This document shows, one piece after another, positions 1 through 13,929 of a stretch of 64,000 nucleotides of DNA (its first letter is position 1; each line of letters starts with the position of its first letter). A program made the position numbers and the translations under genes. This stretch comes from Psilocybe cubensis (Eukaryota), in assembly GCA_017499595.2 (NCBI GenBank), contig CM039010.1:1798001-1862000 (forward strand), in the 5' to 3' direction. The notes beneath the pieces are model-generated. The model saw only the letters and a program-made list of their open reading frames with translations. It was not told the DNA's origin and ran no database searches.

Positions 1-3000
1 CCTCGCTGCATCTGAGTGGTCCACGAATTGTCGAGATAACTGATGCTATTCCTCGAGATCAGGGTCTTCTCAGTCGTTCAGCCAGCAATGCAAGCAGCAT
101 GGTGTCATATTTGTCCTCTCACCATTCTGATGATTATATCTTTGAGGAGGAGCCTGAAATGACATCCATTGCCTCTCCCGCTGATGCCTGGAGGCAAATG
201 TCCACCACTGATGAAACTTCGTCGTCCAGTCCAGGCGAGGAAGAGACTGATTCTTTGGTTTCTTCCAGCCCGTTGAGCATTTCTGATGACGATACGGAGA
301 TACCTCCAGAACTTCCCCCGCAGCCCGAACAGCCTAACCTTCTTGAACAATCACTTCGAGCCATTCAAGACCAGCTTCGGGCTCTTGAAAATGGTCAAGT
401 GTCCACCAAAGATATCCTCGATGAATTGCGACAGCGTGAGCTGCCACCTGCGCCTGAAGATCACACAGCAGAGCTGGCAAATCGTCTCAACAGAATTGAG
501 GATCTTGTTCGTAGCCTTGCAGAGCAGGGTCACCCCAAGGGCCCCGAAATTCAGACCATTTACCTTCCTGCTCCTACAGTTCCGTCTGCTCCCACCACCA
601 CCAATAGGGATTCAACTATCTCAGACTCGTCGGATTCGATAGATCGTCTTCGCGACATTCTGAATGGATTGGCTGATCACCCCGAAGAGCATACGCATAT
701 GCCTGTACCGCAGCCTCCTCCAGGACCATCAATCGCTGAAGAGATTGAAAGGATTTTGTCCGCTCGAAATTTGACCCCCACAGCTCCTCCTGAACCCCCA
801 AGATTTGATGGCATCCATTATCAACCTGCAGAGCGTGTTCGGCCCAGGAGCATAAGTCCCGTGTCAATAGAGACATTACAGCCACGCGCGCCTTCTGTTC
901 CTGTTGGTGGTCGGTATAATGCTTGGCCACCATTACGACCACCTCCATGGATACCTCGATTCGATAGAAGCCGGGGGCCTCCATCTGAAACCGAGTCGTC
1001 GAGTCATCTTACTTCGCCTCCTCCTCGCCATCACCCGCTCTCAACTGCTCCGACAACTACACCTGCGCCAATGCCACCATCACAGCCTCAGACGAACACT
1101 CAAACAGAGACTGTTCCAACAACGACAAGGCCAATTAGCAAACTACCCCCTCCTCGACCGGTTTTCGTATGTCTTTCAGATCGAATTTCTTGCACATGCT
1201 AAATATTAATTTCTTAATTAGCCGGAGAACAATATGTATAATGATCGGTCTCCCTCTGCACCAAGTGCTTTGGGAGGTGGCCCTCCACGACCCCCGGGTA
1301 CTAGCTGGTATCGTCAAAAGCCAGACGACAAAAGAAGGGTGAGTAAAATATTTGGTTTTAATTTCAACCGTTAAACTGTTGCCTCCGGCAGACCGAAGGA
1401 AATGTCCCGAGTTCTTCTCAGTCTCAGCAACCGCAACAGCCTACAGCAGCTCCTTCAGCGCCTCAACCTGCCCCGCAGCCGATCTACATACCGGTGCCAC
1501 AAGCTCCAAGTGGACCTGTCCCCGTGAGTCCAAGATTTGTCACTTTTTCATTTATCTGACATTTTTCAGGTTCAATTACCACCAATCTTTGATTCATTGA
1601 TGGAAATTCTAAGAGTAAGTTTAGTCAGTTACATTCAACTTTTCAGGATTTTACTCACCCACAATCAAGGAAAATCGATTGGCCCAGCTTGCGACTGTTG
1701 ACCAACAGCGTGAACTGATGAGATATATGAGGGGTCTAAATGAATGGCTTGAAAAGGACGTGTATGATCGCCAGTCTGAAATTCGCGGAGTTCTTGCTCG
1801 AGTTGAACAGCTCAGTCATGATCTTCGTGGACTACAAATGCAGGGTAAGCAGACTATATGCGCAATTATGATATGACATCTTATAATACAATCAGGGCAA
1901 AGAACGCCGAGCAGTTCAAGTAGCTCATCAGATGAAGGACCTGGGCGTTATGGGTATCCTCCTGGACCTGGATCTCGTATCCCAATGCCTGAACCGGAAC
2001 ATCAGCGACCATATGGGTTTGTACCCTATACTGCCCACACCGGCCCTGTAATCCCAAATGTTGTTCCTACCACGCCTGTGCCACCTTTCAGACCTGTTAT
2101 GCCAGACATGCATCCACATGGGTCATTCCCCCAACCTCAACCTACGGTAATCATTAATCCAGGCGCTATGGGCGGAGGGGCCCCGCCTCGTATTCCTACT
2201 GATGGCTATGCTCGTACACCTGGCCCAATGCCCATGCCTCCACCTCCTCCCCAAGAAGACATTGAATTCATCCCTCCCCCATTCACCAGTCAAAGTACTG
2301 GTTCTCCTCGAACCCATGAACCTCCACTTCCAGTTCAAGTACAACCATTCCCTTCAGGCTTAGGCTCGAATGTCATTCATGTCCCTCCTAGTCCTTCGAG
2401 CTCAAGAACTGATAGCACAGAACGTTCGGGTAGATCAAGGAGACGGTGGTCCTCGCGAAGCCCGAGGAGGTCATCACGGGGGCGAAGACACGACAGTCGC
2501 GATACAAGAAGAACGCGATACGATGATAGTCCACCTAGGCGATCCAGAACTCCAACTGGTCGAGGTCGATCCCATCGGTCAAGTAGTGGTCACAGACAGT
2601 CAATACCATTAATCATCACGAATCCCTCGACGGAAGGAGTACCAGCTGTTGTACAAGACCCAAGACATGGGTTTCAAGGTGTCTCTCCATCGCAGCAGGG
2701 TGCGCCGCCCATACAGATGGAGCCATCGCAGCAGGGTATGCCGCCCATACAAATGCAACCCTCTCAGCAAGGAACCGCGTACCCTCAGGCGCCTACCTTC
2801 AATATTATATCACCGTCATCTCGCGGCCGCTCAAGGTCACGATCTAGAAGGCATTCCTCTAGAAGTCCATCTAGGAGACGGTCATCAGAAAGTCGCAGAC
2901 CCCATTCCCGCGAGAGGTATGATGATCACCGGCGCACTCCTCCACAACAACAGCAGCAGCCCACTATCATCGTTCAACAACCTGGTCCATCCCCTCAGCA

Positions 3001-6000
3001 GCTTCAACAGCCTGCTCAGCCCATTATCATACAAACTTCTCCGAGTCATGGATCACATCCAGATGACCTTCGTCCTGTGACACCTATAGGTTCTGGGATG
3101 CCTGGTATGCCAATGACTGGTATTCCAATGACTGGTAGTATGCCCGGTATGCCAATGCCTGGTGTGCCCATGACAGGGATGCCTGGTGTACCCATGACGG
3201 GAATGCCTGGTGTACCCATGACGGGAATGCCTGGTGCACCCATGATGGGAATGCCAATGGCGGGTCAACCGACTGTGATCATGCAGCAACCCAGTCGTTC
3301 GTCCTCGAGATCTAGGAGTAGAAGCAGCAGTCGTCGTCGCCATCGCCGATCCCCAGTCCCAGCGGTAGCGCCTGTCGCTCCAGCACCAGCAGCAGCACCA
3401 GTGATTATCACAGGTTCACATCGCTCTCGTTCTAGATCCAGGTCTCGTAGTCGTCGACATACACCCCCTCAGGCCCCTGTTCAAATGCCTCCAGCAGGTG
3501 TTACCATTTTACCATCTCAGGCCCCACCTTTTGGTGTTGTTCCGCAAGGTATCGTTCCTGGTATGCCTGGTGGTGGTGGGGTCGTCATGATGCCTAGCAG
3601 AAGTCGAAGCAGCAGCCGTCATCGCAGTCATGGTCGACACACTCCTCCTCAAGTCGTAGTAGCACAACCACCAGCTGCTCCAACAATGTACCCCCCTCCT
3701 CCCACAGCGCCAACTCAGCAACCAATGCCTCAAGTCATAATGCCTGGCTCTATGGGAATGCCGATGGGTCCACCAGTCATTATGCCTACAAGAGGGTCTT
3801 CTCGGTCCCGCTCCCGCTCACCAACAAGGCAACAAGCACCAATAATTATTCCAGGTCAACCTTCCCAACGATATCGCTCTCGCTCTCGTTCTCGTTCTCG
3901 CCGCAGGCACAGTCGATCTCCTTCTCCTCGTCGCCGCCATCATAGTAGATCTCCTTCTCCCCGTCGCCATCGCTCGCGTTCTCCTCCTCGCACTCAGTAT
4001 GTTCCAACTGCCATTCCAGGGATGCCTACTGCTCCTCCCGTCATGCTGCCGCCAAGCCGATATCCAACGTACGCCCGTTCTCGCTCTCATTCTCGCTCTC
4101 CTCCCCGGGTAGCAGTGGTCGGAGATCCTCGCGCGCAGACACGATCACGAGTTCCTTCGCGTTCGCCTCCTCGTCGTTATAGTCCAACGCACCGTCATTA
4201 TCGCAGTCGCTCACCAGATGACTGGCACCGCCGCCGATACTCTCCTATCAGGCGTCCTGCCTACTCGCCACCTGATCGTCGTCGATCCCCGTCTCATGGT
4301 TATCGTCGGTATTCTAGGTCTCCCTCTTACTCAGAACGCGGTGGATATCATCGCACAAGGCCTCGATATTCTTCTGAGCATGATCGACGTCGCTCATTTT
4401 CCCCAGCCAGTCGCCGTGGGGGTCACCAAGCATCAAGACACCCAAGGTCTACTAGAAGCCTATCGCCTCCATCAATACGAAGCCCTTCGCCAGTGCATCG
4501 AACTCACAGAACAGGTTCTCGGGGTCGATCTCCCATCAGTCGAACTCGTTCCCGAACTCCAATTCCCATTCAACGCAGCTTTAGCGCTGGTTCTTCCATC
4601 CGTCGCCACCCAGTGGGTCCATCGGCGTCCCGTCGTGACCGTGATACATCAAGGCGTTCGCCATCTCGTAGCATTCGCCATGCTGTCACAGGACGTCGAA
4701 GGAGCCCTCCACGAACTCGTTCTCCCAGTGAATACACCCGTCGGAGCAGTACACCACGCATATATGTCACAAGTGTTCCACCAAGGCGTGGATCGCCCGA
4801 AAGCCAAGGGACTGTAAGGGTCACTGTTCCATCTCCCTCCAGGCCTGGTATTGGATCGTCAAGGCCTGTTCATAGGACGCCCACTATTTTCAGTATCGAT
4901 GATGCGCCTCGTCGCACACCAAGTCAACGACGACCATCTGGTGGTAAGTTTATTTAATATTTTTCACATTTATTTTAATTAAATTCTACGCATGCTTAGA
5001 ATCCTATGCTGGTTTGCAACCTTCTATCTACGGAGACCCGGTTCCCCCTCGTGTTCCAAGTGAAGACCCCAGAGTTCCGCCTGCAACCTCCCACGCAGAA
5101 CCGACTAATCTTGCAGATAGACCGGTCAGCCCTATCCATGGCGTATCCGAACATGATATCCCCTCGAGTGTCCGCCCTTCAACTGGGGCGCCAGGAACTT
5201 CTCATGTCGGTACTGGCCCTGCGCAAGTGCACAGGGTCAGTGACTCTATTCGAGCTCCGTCTCATATTACACAGACACCTTCCAGTATAGCACAACCTCT
5301 GCCTCCTCCTTCCCAGCATGTTCCTATCGGAGCAGGCGAGCGTCCCGCCATTGTTCAACCTCCTCCACGCCAAGCAACTGCTACGCCATTTAATTTCCAA
5401 GTCGCGGAAGAAAGTAGAGGTCAACTTCAAGAGCTTAATGACGCTGCCAATAGGCTGCATTTGACTGCCGCTGCTGCTCAGGAAGCTGAAGACCAGAGAG
5501 AGCTTGAATTCCTCAATCAAGAGGAGCAGCGCGAAAGGATTTTCAGAGAGAATGAGGAAAGAAGGGCACAGGAGGCGAGAGAAAGGGCGGCAGATATATT
5601 ACACGATTTGGAGTCTCGAGTAGCAGCTCTTCCTGCACCACCCAAGGCAGGAGACGAGCCTTTCGTAGGCGAACCTGGAGAACCTGGAGAACTTCCTGCT
5701 AGTGATCGAGAATCAATTCGTACTATCAGTGCCATTGCAACACAGGCTGCAAGCCAACATGCTGCTGATGTCTTGGAAACAGTACGACTAGAGCGAGAAG
5801 AGGCTGCCAAAGAACGTGAAGAGGCTGCACGAGAGCGCGAACTGTTACTCTCTGAACTTCGGGCGGAAAAAGACCGAGTTATCGAAGAGAAGGATGCACG
5901 TATTCGCGCCCTTGAAGAAGAGCTTAGGCAAATGCGAACCGACTTTGAAAGCGAAAAGCAGCAGCAGAGGATAACAGAGGAAGAGGAAGCCGGAGCTCGA

Positions 6001-7251
6001 GACCGCCAATTCGCGGAACGGGATGAATTCGTGAGAGCCCAATTGGGCGATATTACTAATCTGGTACAGGAGCAACGAGACCTGTTAGAATCTAAGAAGC
6101 AGATGGCTGAAGAGCGCCAAAGAGAAAAGGAGCAACGACGGGCAGAGAAAGAAGCGAACAACATCGAACTGCGTGATATGCTCCAGACAATCATCGTAGA
6201 GATGCAGAAAGACAAGGCTCGTTATGAGGATGATAAGGCCAAATCTGATGCAGGTATGTCTAGCGATCAAGTATATCCATTCAAACTTTCATTAACCCTG
6301 AATCTACTCAGCTATGGAACAAATGATTGCAGATCTGCAAAGGCAGAATGCTGAGCAACGGGAATTATTAACGTCTTTGTCTGAGAGTTAGTGCTTTTAC
6401 CGGGTTATCACTGAACATAATTAACTTGTTACCTTAGGCTGGCGAGCAGATTGCGAGAGGCATCATGAAGAGACTATTGATGCTGTTAGGTCGACAGCCA
6501 ACGAACAAATTCCTTTCAATGTCCAAGGCGTAGGTTTTTCGTTAACTCTTATCCTAGGCATCTAACATCTGACATTGGTATAGTATCTCGATGAATTTAG
6601 CAGAGCCCTAGCTACTGAAGTTCGCATGCTACTTGGAGAAGTTGGGAAAATCCGAGAGGAGAGACGGGCCCTTCAACAGTTAGCGCTTCCCTCCTTGCCC
6701 CATCGATGTGTGCTAATTTGCGATTTTAGCGAAATCGGTGACCTCCTGTGTATGAAATCTAAGTATGGCCCAGGGGGTGAATACGAACCTGATTGGTGAT
6801 TATTTTTTTTAATATTCTTTACCTTTTCCTTATCGACTTCATGGCATAGGAAACCACCTGGTCCTCCTCCTCCACCACCTGCCGATATACCACCACCGAT
6901 GCCTGAGATTCTTGAAATGCCACCACCGGTCAAACCTGCCTGGCGCACGGTGCACCCCCGGCCCAAGAAAAAGAAGAAAGCAGAGCCTGCCCCACCCGCT
7001 CCACCACCCGTACCTTCCATGTCGGCAGACCCAAGGAGGCAGCTGGTTACTGGATCTTGGGCAACGTGGCATCGTGAGTCTACGTCTTACGTTGAGAAAC
7101 AGTGATATTCAACTTTTTCTTTACAGCTGACCGTAATGCCCTTACTCCTCCGTCCATCGAACCTACACTGATGGTACCAGGACGAGAAAGCCCTGGATTA
7201 TTCGGACCACGTACCCCATCGAATGGGTCGATGTATGACCAACGCCGGTGA
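1..7251 (+). CDS. Large multi-exon Pro/Ser/Arg-rich protein with a C-terminal coiled coil; function unknown; 5' end lies outside the window
   Basis: Long ORFs 99-1202, 1985-4957 and 5014-6354 plus small exons are linked by GT..AG introns (e.g. 1167-1221, 1339-1391). The last exon, 7127-7251, reads ...PPSIEPTLMVPGRESPGLFGPRTPSNGSMYDQRR*. There is an E/R/K-rich coiled coil at about 5420-6250 and many RS/RSP repeats. Confidence 0.8.
3097..3260 (+). repeat. Coding tandem repeat with about 24-nt units encoding PG(V/M)PMTGM
   Basis: atgcctggtgtacccatgacggga is repeated, giving MPGVPMTGMPGVPMTGMPGVPMTGMPGAPM. Confidence 0.85.
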
Positions 7252-7516
7252 TTTATCTTAGAGTACATATATCTCTTTTTATTTATTTATTCTCTTATTC
7301 ACGAAACGAAACGACATTCCTACTTGATTCCTACGATACTTCATGCAGCTAACGACAATCCACTCTTTTCTTCATCTATCTTGCGCTATGTATCAACAAT
7401 TATTCTTTCTTGTGATTGTATATACTTATGCTATTGAATGATAATTTCTTGTTCCCCTATATCTCTTGCTACTATCACATTTGTGTTGTAATGGTATCCT
7501 AGGATCAGGAAACAAC

Positions 7517-8475
7517 TCAAGGTACACCGGAACCAGACAGAACTTCGTATAGACCGCTGATCTGGCGTTTGGAGAGATGTTGACTCCAGAAGCGCATGAT
7601 AGGTTCCCATTCTTGCCTTGATGCGGGCATCCCAGCGGGTTTGGGCCCCAGCTTTGATTCGGTGACATTTTGATATCCCTTTTTGAATGCGGGGATAGCG
7701 TCAGAGGGTAGCGCTGTGTCGGCAGGTGGAGATCGGTGGACTATTAGAACGGGCGTTGGACAGAGCAAAGGCAGGGTGGGGTACGACAGAAGAGGGCCCG
7801 AGACAGAAACAATGGAACCAAATGATGGTACTGCAGGCGTTTGTGTCCCGTCTGTCGTATTTCCTGAGGTGATGCTTTTCGATTGCAGTTTCCACCAGTA
7901 TATCCCAAACTCGGCGGCCACAGACCCCCCTTGTGCAAACCCAAAGAAATGAATGCGCGAGATAGGCCAGGCGCAGTCTTTCATCAAATGGTCGATGACC
8001 TTGGACAGAAATTGAAGAGCTGGAGTTGGGTTTGGACGTGTAATTGTTTCTCCCAGGTCGTCAAAGGACGTGTACCACTGGTACGCTTCCTCGTAAAGGA
8101 ACGGGACTCTGTACGCGGAGTATATCGCTGGTGATCGTACTGTCGAAGAAGTTGGAACGTTGACGGCACTCACTGTTCCGGGGCACGCAGTGCAAGTACC
8201 GCAGTCTGAGGCAATTTTAAGGATTTCCCCATTTTTGAGAATGGGAGTTCTGTGTCACCTAAATGGTGGTTGGGTTCAGTATAGTCGACGGACTGAACAA
8301 TGCTATGCGACGCACCAAGACCGTGCAGAAGAATGAGCAAATTCTCGTCAGTCCCATCATCACTAGCCGTGTACGAGAAAGATCCTGGTATCTTGGATTT
8401 CTTTGGACTTGGTTTTACTCTCGGTAGGAAGTCTTGCTCAGAGCTAGGCGCTTCTCGGACGTGAAATTCGGACAT
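7517..8475 (-). CDS. Phospholipase/carboxylesterase-like alpha/beta hydrolase, 3 exons (8475-8316, 8258-8174, 8108-7517)
   Basis: Motifs LLILLHGLGD, LALRAP, FFGFAQGGSVA (nucleophile-elbow position) and SIVSVSGP. Introns 8259-8315 and 8109-8173 have GT/AG ends and join the ORFs. Confidence 0.85.
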
Positions 8476-8882
8476 ACGAACGTTGATGATGTAGGTTTAT
8501 AAGATAGAGTGACGGTAGAATAAATAGTGATGTAATCATCATGTTTACAACCAAAGTTAATGCCATCTATCAATAATTTATCCAACAGAAAAAAGAAATG
8601 ATATTATCCACGTAGTTTGGAATTACAGATCAAAATGTATAACGATACAGAGAGCTTTAACGTGTAGAGGAAAACAACAGCAGCATAACAAGGCACATTT
8701 CTCTCAAGAGTCTACCCGCGCACGGAGACAAGGCAGAGCTTGAAGAAGGCTTGACCGAGGACAATAGCATATAGGGATGCAACAAGAAAAGTAGTAGAGA
8801 AGCGAGATAGATATGGAGAGAAAAAGAGGAGATAAAGAAACAAGAGACGGAAGAGATGAGATAGAGACGAGTAGAAAAAAAA

Positions 8883-11800
8883 CTATGAATTTGAAGCACC
8901 GGCAGAGCCGTCAGCTGCTGCTGCTGTTGCCGAAAGTCGGTCGTTGACACGCTGACGATGCTGACGATTTTTTAGATGAACTTCGTAATTCGATAACGTC
9001 TCGCCAGGACCAGGGGTATATAACTATGGTTAAAGATGTTTGTTAGCACACACCTTCAATTAAAAGCGCGGCAAGAATGTAAACTCACTTTGCCAGGACA
9101 ATCCAAACATTTGATGCGCCATTCAGGCGTGGTAGACGCGTTGACTTTACGGAGAGTAACTTCAAACCTGTCGTGAGGGTATCTTGCTTGCATGGCTTTT
9201 ATCGCGCCAGATAGCCATGGCGGAGGCTGAAAAAATCAACAGGAGAATTAACAGCGATCATTTCCAATCATCAATAAAACGTACCCATGTCCTTGAAGGG
9301 CTGGCTTGGACGGCCCCTGTGGCAGTAGATGAAGAAGTGTGAGACTGGGAAACAGGCGGAGGTGCTGATGACTCGGCTGCGGGTTGCCTGGCTGGAGTGG
9401 CAGGTGCAGGCATAGGTGTACCACTTGACGAAGCGCCCTTGGTATGACTTGACCCGTTCATCTTCACCTTCTGCGCCAACGGCGGCTCAGAAGCACTGGA
9501 AGCCGTCGACACAGGCGACATCGCCCGATCATCGTCTTGGTTGGCACCTTGATGACCGGAAGGTGATGGCGAGCGACGAGAACTTTCAAGATCGCCGTTG
9601 GACCGAGTAGGTGTTTGGGGCTCCGATGCGTCTGCTGCAGGCGTGGCGCTGTGTGCGGCACTCTGCGCACGAAGGGCCGCAGCGGCGCCTTTCTTCTTCG
9701 AAGCCGGAGTTTTGGCGGCTTCGATCTCCTTTTGCTTGAGACCTGAATGGAAATCCGGGTCGGAATTGTATTCCACAGGTCTTGGTCGCCTGTGTCGATG
9801 CCAGAATTTGCCTGCACAAGTCTGAGAAACGCCAAATAAAGGAAATACCAACAGAACCACGTACCACATGTGCCACACTGTGATTTATCTCCCAACGGAC
9901 CTTTCCTACGTCCAACGGCAATGCTCTCGGGACATCCACAGTTGGAACAGTGCCAAACACCATTGATGTAGTTTGGATGCTGTCCGTCCACGAACTCCTT
10001 CTCCTTCGCTTCCCGCTCAAGCTCCTTTGCCCGTTTGGCAGTGATAATTTTGTTCGCTCTGCTATCCTGCAAACTGTATGGAGCAACGCTGCTTGACGAA
10101 ACGGGTGCTTCGTGCTCTGTTGGCTGTGGTGGCATGGAAGACACATCTGCTGCCGTTGATGGCGTCGGCGCAACAACGTGGGCCCGGGGTCGCAACACCG
10201 ACGAAGGGTACGTAGGAGCCTTGAACAAGCCTTTGGGCTTCTTCTCCTTCGCAACAGCTGCAGCAGACGGCGCGGGCTGGGACACCACCGACGGGGTAGT
10301 CTGCGGCATGTACGTCGTACCATTTTCGCTCGCAACCATGTTCGCGATGGTGACCGACGCAGCAGCAGCCGCGGCACGCCGTGACATGGGCGCGTTGGCA
10401 GCTGCAGCCAACGCGAGAGTCGCAGCATCAAGCTCTGGAAACCCGATAGCGGGCGTACGGTACGTTCGGATAGGCTCGCGGTCGGGGAGGGCGATGCCTC
10501 TGCGTCCTCGGGTGTTGCGTTTTCGGCGCTTGTTGAGGTCCTTGTCGCGTTCTTTTTCAGTGCGTTCGAGCTCGCCGTCGGAGAGGTAATTGAGCAATGG
10601 TGTGAATTGTTGAACTTCGGAAACGGGGCGGGCACCGGATGTAAGACTGGGCAAGAAGGATTGCTTGATGTCGTCGTCTTGCACTGCTGTGCCGTCGGAT
10701 GGGTGACCCACAAGGAACAGTGATTTTTGGTAGGTTTGAACCTGTTCTCGAATTGAATGGGCAATGGCAGTTCTGAAAGTAGCAATTCAATGATGACGGT
10801 CCTGAAAAGATAGTATAGATGGAAACGCACTTGAATTCGCCGCCGAGGCCAAGTTCCTGGGTGTAGACTTCGGCGAATTCTTCAGGAGATGCATTGGGGT
10901 TGTCTAAATCCCATTCGAACTGATCGTCGAGTTTGATGGAGGCAACGATGATATCAAGCTGTAGTTAAAAAAGAAAGGATACTTCAACTTTGATTCCTGG
11001 ATGAAACAGAAAACTTGACGTACCTTGATCAATATCCGCATATCCTCATGCATCAGCTTCTCGTCAAGATTCTGCTGCAGCTCGTCTACCGTCATCGGCT
11101 TGAACGCTGCCTCGCCCAAGATTTTTTCATCTCCTTCCTCGCCCTTATCCTCATCGTCGTCGTCTCCAAATCCAAACGTCACTTTTTTTATATCATCCGC
11201 ACCCTCAAACTCGTTGTCGGCTAGCATACTCGCGTCGGCGTCCGTATCGTCGTCTTCCACCTTCAGATGCTGCAAGTGCGGATTCTGGAGCACGGAGCTC
11301 TGAGAGGTAGTGGCCTTGCGCTTCTTCCCCCGTTTCTTCCCCGTCACCTCCTTCCTCTCACTGTCCTGTGCCTCATCGTCATCGTCGTCATGCGCAAGCG
11401 CACTGACACGTCGCCTCCACACATCCCACCACTTCGCATCATCCGCACCCAGCGACCCCCGAATCAAACCCGCCGACCCACTTTTCTCGCCGGCGGTGTG
11501 GTTGGCGTCGGCGTCGGCGTCAGACCCGTCATCGTCGCCATCGTGGTCCTCGTCGTCGTCAACGAGCGAGTGTGCACGGAAGTCGGTGAGTTGGTCTTGG
11601 ATTGACTTGACGATGATGGCGTGGTAGGACGGCGCGAGGGAATAGTCTTCGACAAGGGATTGCGCAAAAACCTCAGGCGTGATGATCGGGTCTGGTGTTG
11701 TTTTATGGTGTGAGGGGGGTGGGGAGAAAGGCAGACAGAAAGGGTACTTACCGTTGAGGTTCCAGATGAACGTGTCGCGCATTTTGTGGTGCTCGACGTC

Positions 11801-13929
11801 AAATTCTATACGGATAGGAACTAGCCTTTCTGGGCGGTTAGCGTCTTCGGGGCTGATCTTCCTAGGCCTGTAAAATTTGGAACACGCTAAGCTAAGCACT
11901 CAAAACATGGAAGAAAACGGAGACTACGTACAACTTGAAGCCCTCTCTTCTTGTGCCCCTTCTGTTACTTCTACTGCTGCTAGTCGCACCTTTCGGTCTT
12001 GGATACCTGACGTCGAACCTTGGTGGATGCCTCTCTCTGTACTTGTTGAAATTGCCAGTGCCGTTTCCGACTGCGCCGCGCTCCCACCAGTTGGGGCCCG
12101 AAAGACCGCCAGGGGCGAAAACCTCCCGCGCTTCAGTGAGCATGGTTCTCTGCATCTGGCGCACTCGCTCCTCATACTCATTGTCAGTCTCCATCCATGA
12201 CTTAATTTGAGAGATCGTGGTGGGCGATAGTGGTGGAATCGTTGTTGTTGATGTTAGTAAAGGAACGAGAGTCACAGCGGTTGTTTTGGGATTCAAATTG
12301 GTGGATGCTGGGAGTGGAGGCAGAGGGGCAAGGTTGGAGGTTGTATTGGAGGTGCTGGTGTTATTGGGTACTGCCGGGGTGTTTGCGTTGATGGCTGGAG
12401 CAACCCCTGGAAGCAAGGACGATGAGGACGCGGAGGGCTGGATGCCGCCGTTGGGTATGCCCATCCCGCCGACTTGGGGTAGCGAGTTAGATGCCATGGA
12501 AGAGGTTGAAATGGATGGCGCCATGGGTTGAGGAGCACCACCGTGTGGACTGGAGGGCATGCCTCCTATTCCCATGTTCATCCCCATGCCCATTCCCGGT
12601 CGCATACCCATTGGACCTTGCGGTGTCGGCGGCAACGAGCCCTGGCGCATCATGGCTTGCGCTTGTGGGCCCATTTGAGGGGTTGGGGTGGACTGTTGAG
12701 GGGGTAATGAACCTTGCCGAATGGGTGTTTGTGGGCCAGACGGGATATGTGGACGATCGACGTTCATCCCACCCATGTTCATCCCACCCATTCCCCCGAT
12801 GTTGCTCGCCATGCCCATGGAGGACTGAGGGCGGGGCGAATTTCGCTGACCGTTCATTGCGCCGCCCATGCTGGCGTTGCTGACGCTGCCCATGCCCATG
12901 TTTCCAGGCATGTTCATGCCGTTCATGTTCATGCTCATGTTCATCGGGTTCATGGCGCCTGTGTTCATACCACCCATGCCAAGGCTGTCGTTGGAGACGC
13001 TCCTGGGAAGCCCTGGGGGTCCCATCATGCCGCCTGTTGGACCCATACCGGAAAGCCCCAATCCGCCACCGCCGCCACCGATACGCGGGCTGCCTGGGAT
13101 GGGACCAGGGCCGATTCCCATATTGGGAGGAACCATCTCGCCGGTGAGTTTGCGCTTTGCGCCGCGGTAAGGCGACCCGATGGTGGGGGAACCTGATGGA
13201 TTGGGCGGGATTGGGGTGCTGCTGGCTGAATACGGGGGTGCTTGCTGCCCAATGTGCATGCTGGGTTGTTGCTGTTGTTGTTGCTGCTGCTGTGGGTTGG
13301 GAGTGTTAAACATTTGCTGTGGCTGCTGTTGGGCCTGTGGGGGTTTGAAACCGTTAGGATTGTCGCCTCTCTGAGACTAGTATGGACAGATAAGTTTTTT
13401 AGAGTTTGAATAATTGAAGAAAACGATATACCATTCGACTCAAAGGGCGTTGACCACCCTGCCCCATCATATCGTGCATAGAGGTGGGAATGGTCGGAGA
13501 GCGGTGCGCCATGGCTGTACTGGGCCTGGAATGCTGGAGCTGCTGCTGCTGCTGCTGGGGTATACCAGGACCATGGCCTTGAGCTGTGGGTGGTCGTGGC
13601 GGAGGCGGAGGCATCATTTGATGTGACGAAGCCGAGCTGGAGGGGCGGTCGAAGTTCTGGGACGGGTTCATGTTCATCATGAGGCGCTCACGATCCATGT
13701 TCTGCTGCTGCTGCTGCTGTTGCTGGCGAAGATGGTGAATGTACTTTTGAACGAGGATCTGGCGCTCTTGCTGGGGGAGACCGGCGAAGTACTCCTGGGT
13801 AATGCCAGCGGCGGAGAGGAGGGCGGGGATGTTGACCTGTGCCTGGGGGGGCTGTTGGGGAGCATTGTTGGGGAAGGGACCTGTGTTTGGGTTGAAGCCA
13901 GAGGGCTTTTGGAAGGAGTTGGGATTCAT
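8883..13929 (-). CDS. SNF5: SNF5/SMARCB1-family SWI/SNF chromatin-remodelling subunit with a Q/M/P-rich N-terminus, a GATA-type zinc finger and a C-terminal C2H2-like finger; multi-exon
   Basis: Snf5 repeat 1 reads LVPIRIEFDVEHHKMRDTFIWNLN-DPIITPEVFAQSLVEDY. Repeat 2 reads DMRILIKLDIIVASIKLDDQFEWDLDNPNASPEEFAEVYTQELGLGGEF. WHCSNCGC..RRKGPLGDKSQCGTCG is GATA-like. The C-terminus has WRIKCLDCPGK..YTPGPGETLSNYEVHLKNRQH, with the stop at 8883-8885. Confidence 0.85.

Noticed and set aside
5517-6215. 232-aa antisense ORF and other overlapping ORFs in 1-14 kb (e.g. 9586-10830)
   Set aside because: These are shadow frames of GC-rich or coiled-coil coding exons and show no independent motifs.
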